This document shows positions 1-9,133 of a DNA stretch of 64,000 nucleotides, piece by piece (position 1 is the stretch's first letter; every line of letters starts with the position of its first letter). A model generated the notes under the pieces. That model did not search any database. It saw nothing but the letters and a program-made list of their open reading frames with translations, and was not told the origin of the DNA. A program made the translations under genes and the position numbers. The DNA lies in assembly GCA_047947115.1 (NCBI GenBank), contig CP170459.1, forward strand, positions 5,536,001 through 5,600,000, given 5' to 3'. This stretch comes from Verrucomicrobiota bacterium. GTDB taxonomy: Bacteria > Verrucomicrobiota > Verrucomicrobiia > Limisphaerales > AAA164-E04.

Positions 1-1582
1 GTCGATCCTCTCCGAAATAATCCAAATGAATGGGTGCTTCCCGCCCCTTGATGATGTTGCGATAAATACCGATGGAACTGTCAAAAAACACATCCGGTTC
101 CACCACCAGGGAAACAACCGGCAAGGCGTGCTTCGAAACACCAAACAGGTAACTATATGTTTGAACCGCTCCCGACAATTTACCAATTTCCAGACTCCGC
201 ACACGAAGGATGGTGGTGTCAGTGACTTCAATCGGCCCCTGATACAAGGGCGATTGACTTCCAGGTACTGAACCATCCAAGGTGTAATGGATGTCACCCG
301 GAACCGCACTGCTCAACACCACCTGAAAAGGAACCTCATAATAGCCGCTCGCATGAGAGACAAGCACCGGTGCGGAAGGTGCGAGGGTCTCCACCTGGTC
401 TGGACCATTACTCGCACCAGGTGTCGGTTCGGCATAATATCCCCATCGGCCGGGCTGAAGAGGGTCTCGTCCATAAGAAACATCAGGATACTGCTGATCA
501 AAATAAACTTCATCGACTAACTCAACTTCCCCCAAGGTCAACACTCCTTTCATTTCCAACTGCCAACGAATATCGCTGCTGGTTCCACTGATCTGGTGAA
601 TTTCCGCAGCCAGCAGGTTGTTACCCTCACGAAGCAGGTGAACCGGAATTTCAAAGGTCAAAAAAGACCGCTCATCCCCCAGCCGGCTGGCTTGGGTTTC
701 ATATTCCACCGGCCCCGTCGGAAGATTGACCCTGAATACCTCCTCGCCATTGAGATAAACGATGGCACCATCATCCACGACCGCTCGGCAGGTGATGGCA
801 CTCAAAGAATCAACCCCACGCACATCAAAAAAATGCCGGAAATAATAAGTAGGAATCTTGTTTCTTGACGAAACCCCATAGTCCACGACAGTCGCCTCAT
901 CGTTATGCCCATATCCCAAGGGCGCTTCGCCGCTTCTCCAATCACGATCATCCCATCCTTCTTCTATCCAACTCACCCCTAAATTCTGACCCAAGTCATG
1001 ATAGCTCCAAATTGCATCCAGTGGAATAAGCGTCGAATCAGAGACTCCACCGGAAACTCGATACAAACCAACGGATTCTGCCTCTGCACTTAATTTGAAA
1101 TTGGTATGCAAATGCTGCACCGTAAAATCGTCCCATGGCGAATATTCCCGCACTGAAACATCACCGGGAACAGCGTCAAAACCATCGGCACGAACGACCA
1201 GATACGATTTGGCTGCGATCACCGCTTCCTCCGGAAAACTCCACTTAACCGGAGCCTCGGGATTGTCAGATAAAAAATACCCTCTCAGTTGGATCGCCTC
1301 ATTGCCTGGATTGTACAACTCGATCCAGTCAGAATAATCATCAAAGTCATGATTATCTGGAAAAACACTGATATTAGATGCCAGCAATTCATTGATGAGA
1401 AGATCAGCAGACTCCTGCGCGGTTGCCAACTGCATCAGGGCCACCAGCCCAGCACATAAAATCAGAACCTTTTTGAAGATTTGAATGGAGACATGATTCG
1501 GCAGGATGGCAAATAAGCAATCCCTGCCACCTTGAATGAATCGTCGGCACGCATTCTTTCCGGTAATCATTATTGATTTCAT
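1..1582 (-). CDS. Secreted lamin-tail-domain (LTD) protein, probably CotH kinase family; 3' end runs off the window (not in ORF track)
   Basis: Manual minus-strand translation from ATG 1582 (or 1570) gives a signal-like KKVLILCAGLVALMQLATAQ, then LLINELLASN...DYSDWIELYNPGNEAIQLRGYFLSDN...KWSFP...LHTNFKLSAE (LTD motifs). The same frame at the window edge reads KGREAPIHLDYF, as seen before CotH domains. The middle part was not checked codon by codon. Confidence 0.8.
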   Translation of the reverse strand, partial: MKSIMITGKNACRRFIQGGRDCLFAILPNHVSIQIFKKVLILCAGLVALMQLATAQESADLLINELLASNISVFPDNHDFDDYSDWIELYNPGNEAIQLRGYFLSDNPEAPVKWSFPEEAVIAAKSYLVVRADGFDAVPGDVSVREYSPWDDFTVQHLHTNFKLSAEAESVGLYRVSGGVSDSTLIPLDAIWSYHDLGQNLGVSWIEEGWDDRDWRSGEAPLGYGHNDEATVVDYGVSSRNKIPTYYFRHFFDVRGVDSLSAITCRAVVDDGAIVYLNGEEVFRVNLPTGPVEYETQASRLGDERSFLTFEIPVHLLREGNNLLAAEIHQISGTSSDIRWQLEMKGVLTLGEVELVDEVYFDQQYPDVSYGRDPLQPGRWGYYAEPTPGASNGPDQVETLAPSAPVLVSHASGYYEVPFQVVLSSAVPGDIHYTLDGSVPGSQSPLYQGPIEVTDTTILRVRSLEIGKLSGAVQTYSYLFGVSKHALPVVSLVVEPDVFFDSSIGIYRNIIKGREAPIHLDYFGEDR

Positions 1583-1831
1583 TTATAAAGGACGCACTAC
1601 CGCCCCACCGGAAAGTCAGCATTGAATATGCCAATATTAAAAAACATCGATGAAAACTTCTCATGATACAGACCTCATTCTCATGAAATAAATGCGCTGA
1701 GATGGCAAGTATTTCCCCAACACAAAGGGCGAAGCCATGGTGAATATCAATCGACACCCATCCCAGTGACTGATTAATCAACCAGAGCGTACAGGCTGTT
1801 TGACAGCCTCATTTACTCCAGAGAGATTCAA

Positions 1832-3148
1832 ATGCAGAATCAGCAGTTGAACACTCGTGCAACCGGCGGTAGGTTTAACGGCGTGAAAGGACTTCAATCA
1901 AGTTTCATACTTGCCCTAAGCATCGCTGCCTCAGTGTCCATTACACTCCATGCATCAGACCCTGAGATGAAAACAAGCGACAAACCACCCGCCAAAAGTA
2001 TTGAAAAAGCCATCCAGGCGAAAGAAGCACTTTTTGCGACTCTCTCCGGCAGACTCAAAGAGGTCATGGCAGCGGATGGCCCGGTGGCTGCCATTGATGT
2101 CTGCAGTAACGAAGCGGCCAGCATAACCCAATCCGTTGGCAACTCGATGGGATTAAAAATTGGACGCACCGCACTAAGACAAAGAAACCCAAAGAATCAA
2201 GCTCCTGAATGGGCCAAACCATTTCTCGAACAAACAACTCAGAAACCCGTGTTTACGAGATTGCCTGACGATCGAACAGGAGCACTGTTCCCAATCAAAC
2301 TCAAAGCGCAATGCCTCATTTGCCATGGAGAATCCATGTTCATTCCCCAAAACGTCCAACAAGCTCTCAAACAAAATTATCCGCAAGACAGGGCAATCGG
2401 TTTCAAGGTAGATGATCTGCGGGGATGGTTCTGGGTAGAAGTTAATGATGAAGACTCACGCCAAACAAAGGACCAAAGCAACACCTGGTTTCAATACGGG
2501 GAGATGCACCGCGTTATCGGACAAAAGGATCACAAAGGCCGCGTGCGTCTTGGAGATTTAACCAAACAGGCCAACATTTATGCTGTCGGAGCGATGGAAG
2601 GATTGCACGGAGAAGTCACCATTCTCGACTCTGTCCCCTATGTAACCACTCGTCATTCAGACAATAACTTGAGTACAAATCCAATCACCACAGATTCAGA
2701 AGCAACGTTGCTGATGGGGGCATCTGTGAGTGCCTGGGAAGACACCCCTTTTGAATCAACTCTTGGGCCGGACAAATGGGAATCCCATCTGGAACAAACC
2801 GCTCGAGCCAATCATCTCGATACCGACTCCCCTATCCTATTTCGGATGAGTGGACATTTCAGGGACACCGCCGTCCATGTCATCAATGGAGCTTGCCCCA
2901 TCCACGCCCAACTCCACGCCGAAGAACTTGCCCCCGATGAAAAACCGCACCAGCAAACCTTCGACACCATTCAGGGCACCATCGTAGGAGTCTTCGCCAA
3001 GGCTTCCAGTGGACGTTTGACTCATCCGGGAACTTCGGTTCATGCCCACCTGATCTACCAGTCGCCTGAAACAGGAGAATGGCTAACGGGACACATCGAG
3101 CAGACGTCTATCATGAAAGGTAGTACTCTGAGTTTGCCGAAACTGTAA
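1832..3148 (+). CDS. Exported fusion: DUF3365-like monoheme c domain + alpha-acetolactate-decarboxylase-like domain
   Basis: Signal-like N-terminus. DUF3365-type motifs GPVAAIDVC, IGRTALRQRNPKN, CLICH, YPQDRAIGFKVDDLRG. C-half has YAVGAMEGLHGEVTILD, HAH and LTGH, like the ALDC metal site. Confidence 0.7.
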   Translation: MQNQQLNTRATGGRFNGVKGLQSSFILALSIAASVSITLHASDPEMKTSDKPPAKSIEKAIQAKEALFATLSGRLKEVMAADGPVAAIDVCSNEAASITQSVGNSMGLKIGRTALRQRNPKNQAPEWAKPFLEQTTQKPVFTRLPDDRTGALFPIKLKAQCLICHGESMFIPQNVQQALKQNYPQDRAIGFKVDDLRGWFWVEVNDEDSRQTKDQSNTWFQYGEMHRVIGQKDHKGRVRLGDLTKQANIYAVGAMEGLHGEVTILDSVPYVTTRHSDNNLSTNPITTDSEATLLMGASVSAWEDTPFESTLGPDKWESHLEQTARANHLDTDSPILFRMSGHFRDTAVHVINGACPIHAQLHAEELAPDEKPHQQTFDTIQGTIVGVFAKASSGRLTHPGTSVHAHLIYQSPETGEWLTGHIEQTSIMKGSTLSLPKL

Positions 3149-3171
3149 TCATTCAGTTGAGAATCGGCAGA

Positions 3172-3897
3172 TCAAAATTCCCCAACCTGCAACTGCATCA
3201 GATCAACTGCCTGCAATTCCTGAAAAAGTGAATGCTCGGAATACATTTCCATGAGCGCTCCCTTCCTTAAACTTTGCATGGTCTGATCACGCCACTCTCG
3301 CTCAGCGGGTGAAAGACGTTTTCCACCTTCGGCTAACACTTCCAAAACCGCGATTTCTTCAGGCAGGGGTTGGTCGGCTATCTGGAGAGTCAACTGATCG
3401 ATTTGCAACTGCAAGCGACGATCCAACTCCTCACGATCAGCATCCGTCAAAGATGCTTCAAACCTATCCAACCGTTCACGCATCAAGTCAATTTTCATCG
3501 ACACTAGATCCCCTTCGCTTACATCATCAAACCCGGATGAAGCGATCGGGGCAGAGTCCTCGGTCATTTCCCAATCAGGCGATTGAGTTTGCGTTGGTAG
3601 TTCCTCCTGTTGTGGGGCTGCTTCGATCAAATGATCCTCCCCGGAGATAACTCCAGGATCCATCGATTGTAACATGTGGATCACTTGACGGTTTATTCTT
3701 GCCTGTTCCACCAGCACATCCTTCACCCTGTTACCAAAAGCCTCCTGCTGCTCGGAGGGCATTTGGAGTGAATAATCGGGAGAGCCAGTCTGAATGGCTC
3801 GCAAATCATTCACCAATCGAAATTGAGAAAAAGCCACAGCAAACAGCGCAGAAAAGGTCATCCAGTGGAAAAAAGTATCAAAAGGTCGATTCTTCAT
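3172..3897 (-). CDS. Membrane-anchored hypothetical protein, tandem paralog 3
   Basis: N-terminal hydrophobic segment. C-terminal LDRFEASLT...EL...LSP...LMEM motif shared with the two upstream genes. Confidence 0.75.
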   Translation of the reverse strand: MKNRPFDTFFHWMTFSALFAVAFSQFRLVNDLRAIQTGSPDYSLQMPSEQQEAFGNRVKDVLVEQARINRQVIHMLQSMDPGVISGEDHLIEAAPQQEELPTQTQSPDWEMTEDSAPIASSGFDDVSEGDLVSMKIDLMRERLDRFEASLTDADREELDRRLQLQIDQLTLQIADQPLPEEIAVLEVLAEGGKRLSPAEREWRDQTMQSLRKGALMEMYSEHSLFQELQAVDLMQLQVGEF

Positions 3898-3918
3898 TAT
3901 TGTCTTAGATCAGTTTGT

Positions 3919-4566
3919 TCATGGGGTCACAAGACCGGTAAAAGCTTCGTGCATTTCGATCAATGAAATGCGTTTAAAATTCTCAAAAATTCCATTTCTC
4001 AGTTTTTGCTGCCTGGGCGTTAGAGTAGACTCCTGAGCCGAAAGAAAAGCCACATCCTCAGGTTGGGGCATCCCAAGTCCTTCAAAGCCAGGAATCGTTC
4101 CGGTTGCAAGTTGTTGAATCCGGGTCTCTACCCGGTATTGCAGCTCTTCCCTGCCTTTTTCGGTCAATGAAGCCTCGAACCGCTTCAATTGTTCATCGAA
4201 TAATAAATCTTCATCAAGTCTGCCTACGTCATTGAAAGGAACAATCCAGGCATCCTCTGCTCTAGCCGGATAACTCTCACGATTATTTGAATCATTACCG
4301 GCTTCGCCTGTTCCATGTTGATGGTAACCATTTCCAGTCTCCTGACCTTGAAATCTACCCCGCACTGCGCCAAGGGTGGAATCAAGCTGACGCTGTTCTG
4401 TCACTAGCGATTCCAACATCGAAAGAACATCTCCTTCCCCGCTCTTCGGTATGGGCCACTCACTGTGATTGCCTCGGAACGACATCTCCTTAAACGAAGA
4501 TGCAGTAAGGTATTGGAACAGAACCAACAGCATAACAAAACCAGTCAAAGTAATTTTATCGTACAT
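3919..4566 (-). CDS. Membrane-anchored hypothetical protein, tandem paralog 2
   Basis: N-terminal hydrophobic segment; EQLKRFEASLT...GTIPGFEGLG...TLTPR...SLIEMH. Confidence 0.78.
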   Translation of the reverse strand: MYDKITLTGFVMLLVLFQYLTASSFKEMSFRGNHSEWPIPKSGEGDVLSMLESLVTEQRQLDSTLGAVRGRFQGQETGNGYHQHGTGEAGNDSNNRESYPARAEDAWIVPFNDVGRLDEDLLFDEQLKRFEASLTEKGREELQYRVETRIQQLATGTIPGFEGLGMPQPEDVAFLSAQESTLTPRQQKLRNGIFENFKRISLIEMHEAFTGLVTP

Positions 4567-4568
4567 TT

Positions 4569-5270
4569 TTATTTCCAGTATGAAAAACGATCTTCAAACA
4601 AGCCGATGTATTCGGCATGCATCTCCATGAGAGATAATTGTTTCGTTCTCCTAAGAATTCGTTCTCTGATCTCTCTTTTCCTTGGAGAAAGTGTTTTCGA
4701 ATCTGCTGTTAACAAGACGCTCCCTTTCCGCTTGCGCTGCCCTATCCCTTCAAAACCAGGAACTGTGCCGTTTTCCAGTTGTTTAAGTTTAAAAGCGATT
4801 CTACTTTCCAATTCGACATGTCCCATATCCGTCAAAGAGGTTTCAAATCGTTTCAGTTGCTCCCGAAAAATCTCCTCATTATTGTAGTCCAGATTCTCAC
4901 TGGTATAATCAGCCCAAAGTCGCTGGTATCGAATAGGAGGCTGAGGGTTGTCGTTCAACACTTTTTCTTTTTGCCAACTATCAGATTGAACCTCAACCTG
5001 TTCATTAGCTCGTTCCACTTTCTCTTGATGGTGGTTAGTATCTGAAAAACAACATTCCAGTGATTCCTGGTGATTGGTGTTTGCCCTTGTGTGTGAGTTC
5101 ATGTCGTCAGAACCAACCAAAAATTCGTTTTCAGCAAGAAAGGTGTTCACACGTGTCGATATGATTGGCAGTCTTGAAATCTGGGAATCAATAAAGCCAA
5201 CAAAAGACAGTGAGAACACCAGAATATACCATATTCCTTTTACGTTCATTGAAAACCTATCTATTCGCAA
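4569..5270 (-). CDS. Membrane-anchored hypothetical protein, tandem paralog 1 (start may be ATG 5249)
   Basis: N-terminal hydrophobic segment; EQLKRFETSLT...GTVPGFEGIG...TLSPR...SLMEMH. Confidence 0.78.
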   Translation of the reverse strand: MRIDRFSMNVKGIWYILVFSLSFVGFIDSQISRLPIISTRVNTFLAENEFLVGSDDMNSHTRANTNHQESLECCFSDTNHHQEKVERANEQVEVQSDSWQKEKVLNDNPQPPIRYQRLWADYTSENLDYNNEEIFREQLKRFETSLTDMGHVELESRIAFKLKQLENGTVPGFEGIGQRKRKGSVLLTADSKTLSPRKREIRERILRRTKQLSLMEMHAEYIGLFEDRFSYWK

Positions 5271-5797
5271 CCTCCATAAAGCATTAGGTAAAACCGTATA
5301 AGAGCATCCGCTTCTTCCCTTGCCTTTCTCATACTGTTCTCACGACGATTGTGGCAATCTTGGATGTCAAGCTCCCAATCAGCTCGACACCACGCTCCAC
5401 AATCCGCGGGATCAAAATCAACCACACACGGTAGCAGGCACCAGGCCAGTGACGAATTGGCGGAAGCAACGCAGGTAGCTTGAAAGGCATAAGCGCTGAC
5501 CAATTTGAGTCTCAAAGCAATGCAGAGTTGGGAGTATTCGGATTGGAATCGATTGTAATCCGTGTTGGCGTTGCTGGGTTCGACCAAATTGGAGGCATAC
5601 CAAAAATCATCGGACCACCCGCCAGCACCCGAACTGAAATATCGCCCACTGATGGTTTGACACGCGTAATAAGGAACTTCGCCCGCCCCTGGCGCCGGCG
5701 CGGGGGGAGGAGGATTATCTGCCGATTGGGAACCTGCGGAATGGGTAATCAGCATGGCTGACAGAATGGTGCAGCATTTCTTAACAAGATGATTCAT
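5261..5797 (-). CDS. Small secreted Cys-rich protein
   Basis: ATG 5797 (MNHLVKKCCTILSAMLITHSAGS, signal-like), Pro-rich linker, 9 Cys in the mature part. First gene of a tightly packed four-gene run. Confidence 0.7.
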   Translation of the reverse strand: MNHLVKKCCTILSAMLITHSAGSQSADNPPPPAPAPGAGEVPYYACQTISGRYFSSGAGGWSDDFWYASNLVEPSNANTDYNRFQSEYSQLCIALRLKLVSAYAFQATCVASANSSLAWCLLPCVVDFDPADCGAWCRADWELDIQDCHNRRENSMRKAREEADALIRFYLMLYGGCE

Positions 5798-6228
5798 CGT
5801 ATTCGTACAAATAAGATTTAGATTTGTGATTTTATTAAGCACAGTCCGCTCTTATGAATAAGGCGCACTGGAAACTCATCCGAAGAGATGACACTGATGG
5901 AGGAACAGACACTTGCCACCACCTCTTTCGAGTGAGTTGAAAGACAAACGAAACCAGCCTTTCAAATGAAGCGGACACACAATTCGTTCAACTTTATGGA
6001 AAAGTCAACTCAAAAAAGGATATTTAATTAACTTTTTATTTTACACATCTACCTCCTATCCAACATAAAGCGTAATATGTCGCATTTTAATACCTAATGT
6101 CGTTTTTCAAGATAACATATCGCACTTTAAGCCAGGAAAAGGCTTCATTAAAAAAACCAACAAAGAGTTTCCCGCCACACCTCCGCCACGCAGGTAGGCG
6201 ATCCAATCAACCTGACGATCTACCATCA

Positions 6229-6418
6229 GGCAGGACGTACCGTCCCCGACGCGTCACCTTGTGGCACATGATATCTCGAAGATCTCCGTTTCGGGAAAAC
6301 ATCAGCATTCGAAAGCCTCTACTCCGAACCGCAGGCCTTTGAGTTCAAATCAAGATCCTGATTAAACCCACGGCGCCAAACAGGTAGCATGTCCGTCCCC
6401 GACGCGCCCTTATGGCAT
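6229..6418. repeat. Two degenerate copies of a GC-rich intergenic (REP-like) repeat
   Basis: Exact 14-mer ccgtccccgacgcg at 6240-6253 and 6393-6406, each followed by a similar cct-t(g/a)tggca tail. Confidence 0.55.
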
Positions 6419-6558
6419 CCAAACTGGCCATTGTTTTAAAAGGGAAAAACCAACTGCATCCAACACCCAACAATCGCATCGTTGAAGCTCCCGTATGAGT
6501 CTGGATCCACTCACCCGCAAACACTCTACCAGCGATGCAATAAGCCTCATTCAATAGC

Positions 6559-9120
6559 TTGTCAGGGGTTTCTTATTCGTACATATTCGTAAGCATGGTT
6601 CACCGCATTAATATCAACTACTTTGCCGCATGCTCACGCATGTTTGCGGTGTTCGGCGTTTTGACTGGCCTGTGTGCTCACTCCTGGCCAGTCTTTGGAG
6701 ATCAAGCAAAGGAAGAGAACGTTTCGGATCACTCCAATGCATTGGTACCCATTCCTCAAACTCTGCAATTGAAAGTTGGGGACACTTGGAGACGATTTCT
6801 TGTTACCGACCAAACGGAGGACGGATTTCATCTGGACCTTTCCGATCAATATGGTCTGACCAGTCAGCAACCGGATATCTTTCATTTCGAAAACGGGAAA
6901 TGGATCGCCAAACATCCCGGTACAGCCTCGCTCACCTTACAGGACGACCGTGGAAATTTACTTGGTGAGATTCATGTGGAAGTATCAGAAGGAACCGAAA
7001 TGCCGTCGCCCCCAAACTTCGTCGACCACATTCAGCCCATCCTCACCAAAGTCGGTTGCAACAATGGAGCATGTCATGCAAAACCTGGCGGCCGCAACGG
7101 CTTCGAATTGTCCGTTTTCGGCTACGCCCCGGAAATCGATCATCGGGAAATCGTACAGGACAACCTTGGCCGACGCATCTTCCCGGCCAGCCCAGAAAAC
7201 AGTCTGCTGCTGCTAAAAGCAACGGGTGCAGTCAAACATGAAGGAGGCTCGCCGCTGGTCAAAGATTCTGAATTCTATCAAACCCTTGTCACCTGGATTG
7301 AATCGGGCATGCCCTACGAAAACAAAGATGCCCCCAAACTGAACCACATCGAAGTGGCTCCGGCAGGAGGGAGGCTGCAAAAAGGCAGCTCATTCATCCA
7401 TGCCGTCTGGGCGCATTATGATGATGGCTCCATCCGGGATGTCACCCACTTGGCTGAATATCAAAGCACGGACAAGGAACTACTCGAGATCGACCACCAC
7501 GGGCAGGCCACCACCCATCATCGCGACGGCCAAGTCGTCGTCGTAACGCGATTTTCCGGATTGATCGCAGAAAGCCGATGGATGATCCCGCGCGACGACA
7601 ACAGCTCCGTTTCCGATCCAAATGACGCAAACATCCAGCCAAACAATTTCATCGACACACACGCCTTCGCTTATTTAAAGGAATTGGGGTATCGTCCATC
7701 CGGATTGTGTTCTGACAGCGAATTCATTCGACGATCCTCACTCGACGCAACAGGCGTGCTGCCCACTCCCGAAGAAGCAAGAACCTTTCTGGAGGATCCT
7801 TCACCTGACAAACGGCAAAAGTGGATTCAACAACTGATGAAGCATCGCTGGATCGGAGATTACTGGGCCAACCAATGGACCGATCTTCTCCGCCCCAACC
7901 CTGATCGTGCAGGCATCAAGAGCGTTTATATGTTTGACCAATGGGTCAGAGAGTGTTTTCGGTCCAACATGCCATACGACCAGTTCGTAAGATCCATCCT
8001 CACGCTAGAAGGCAGCAATCACCAGGCAGGACCAGCATCGATCTATCGCGACAAACGCACCCCCGAAGACCTCACGGTATTATTCAGCCAACTGTTCCTC
8101 GGCGTGCGGCTCGAATGCGCCAAGTGTCACCACCATCCGTTCGAAAAATGGGGACAGGAAGACTTTTACCAGACAGCGGCCTTTTTTGGTTCGATAAAGC
8201 AAAAAGGAGCCGGAGTGTCCCCTCCCATCTCCGCTGGAACCGAAACATTTTATTTCCGAAAAGGTGGCAGCGTCCAGCACCCGCGCACCGAAGAAGTCAT
8301 GCATCCGGCTCCCCCCGGAGGCAACCATTCAACGATCGAAGAAGGCATCGACCCCAGAGGTTCCTGGATGGATTGGATGTTGGATCCGGAGAATCCATAT
8401 TTTGCCCAATCCATCGTGAATCGTGTATGGAACGTTTTCTTTGGAAAAGGATTCGTCAATCCAGTCGACGATTTTCGCACCAGCAATCCTCCGGTGCATG
8501 AACCACTCATGCAGGCCTTGGCCAGGGATTTCGTGGACCATGGTTACGACCTGCGCCACCTCATGTCCACGATCATGGCCTCAAGACTCTACCAGTCCAG
8601 CTCCAACCCGAACGAGACGAACCTCACGGACACACGTTATTTTTCACGTTACTATCGCAAGCGCCTGCCAGCCGAATTACTGCAGGACGCAGTCACCGAC
8701 GTGACGGAAATCGAAGCATCCTTTGATGGGCTTCCACCGGGATCCAGGGCGATCGAAACCTGGAATTTCAAAATAGAATCACAGTTCATGGACGCCTTCG
8801 ACCGACCAAACTCCAGCAGCGACCCTCCCTGCGAGCGCATCAACAAACCCAGCGTCGTGCAATCGCTCCACATGATGCACTCAGAAGGACTGCAATCGAA
8901 ACTCCAATCCGACAAAGGCTGGCTGGAAGCGCTGGTGCGCAGTGGACTGAAGCATTCGGACATGATTGACGCTGTATACTTGAAGATTTTCAGTCGCTAT
9001 CCAGATGCAGACGAAAGAGACATTGCAGAAAAGACCATTTCGGGAGAGAATCAACGCCAAGGACTGGAAGATTTGGTTTGGGCACTATTGAATTCGGCGG
9101 AATTCATTTTCAACCATTGA
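6559..9120 (+). CDS. DUF1549/DUF1553 (PSD1/PSCyt) protein with Ig-like domains and cytochrome c-type motifs (true start probably ATG further downstream)
   Basis: GCNNGACH, NNFID, EFIRRSSLDATGVLPT, QLFLGVRLECAKCHHHPFEKW, NPYFAQSIVNRVW..FFGKG...PVDD, EDLVWALLNSAEFIFNH. Confidence 0.92.
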   Translation: MSGVSYSYIFVSMVHRININYFAACSRMFAVFGVLTGLCAHSWPVFGDQAKEENVSDHSNALVPIPQTLQLKVGDTWRRFLVTDQTEDGFHLDLSDQYGLTSQQPDIFHFENGKWIAKHPGTASLTLQDDRGNLLGEIHVEVSEGTEMPSPPNFVDHIQPILTKVGCNNGACHAKPGGRNGFELSVFGYAPEIDHREIVQDNLGRRIFPASPENSLLLLKATGAVKHEGGSPLVKDSEFYQTLVTWIESGMPYENKDAPKLNHIEVAPAGGRLQKGSSFIHAVWAHYDDGSIRDVTHLAEYQSTDKELLEIDHHGQATTHHRDGQVVVVTRFSGLIAESRWMIPRDDNSSVSDPNDANIQPNNFIDTHAFAYLKELGYRPSGLCSDSEFIRRSSLDATGVLPTPEEARTFLEDPSPDKRQKWIQQLMKHRWIGDYWANQWTDLLRPNPDRAGIKSVYMFDQWVRECFRSNMPYDQFVRSILTLEGSNHQAGPASIYRDKRTPEDLTVLFSQLFLGVRLECAKCHHHPFEKWGQEDFYQTAAFFGSIKQKGAGVSPPISAGTETFYFRKGGSVQHPRTEEVMHPAPPGGNHSTIEEGIDPRGSWMDWMLDPENPYFAQSIVNRVWNVFFGKGFVNPVDDFRTSNPPVHEPLMQALARDFVDHGYDLRHLMSTIMASRLYQSSSNPNETNLTDTRYFSRYYRKRLPAELLQDAVTDVTEIEASFDGLPPGSRAIETWNFKIESQFMDAFDRPNSSSDPPCERINKPSVVQSLHMMHSEGLQSKLQSDKGWLEALVRSGLKHSDMIDAVYLKIFSRYPDADERDIAEKTISGENQRQGLEDLVWALLNSAEFIFNH

Positions 9121-9133
9121 GATCAATAACAAC

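Noticed and set aside
26..1781. Short ORFs listed in the track over the first 1.8 kb
   Set aside because: They are antisense or off-frame shadows of the minus-strand LTD/CotH-type gene that runs off the window edge.
5900..5945. c-di-GMP-I riboswitch in the operon leader
   Set aside because: Only a GAAA-loop hairpin resembles it; the flanking conserved motifs and second stem are not convincingly present.
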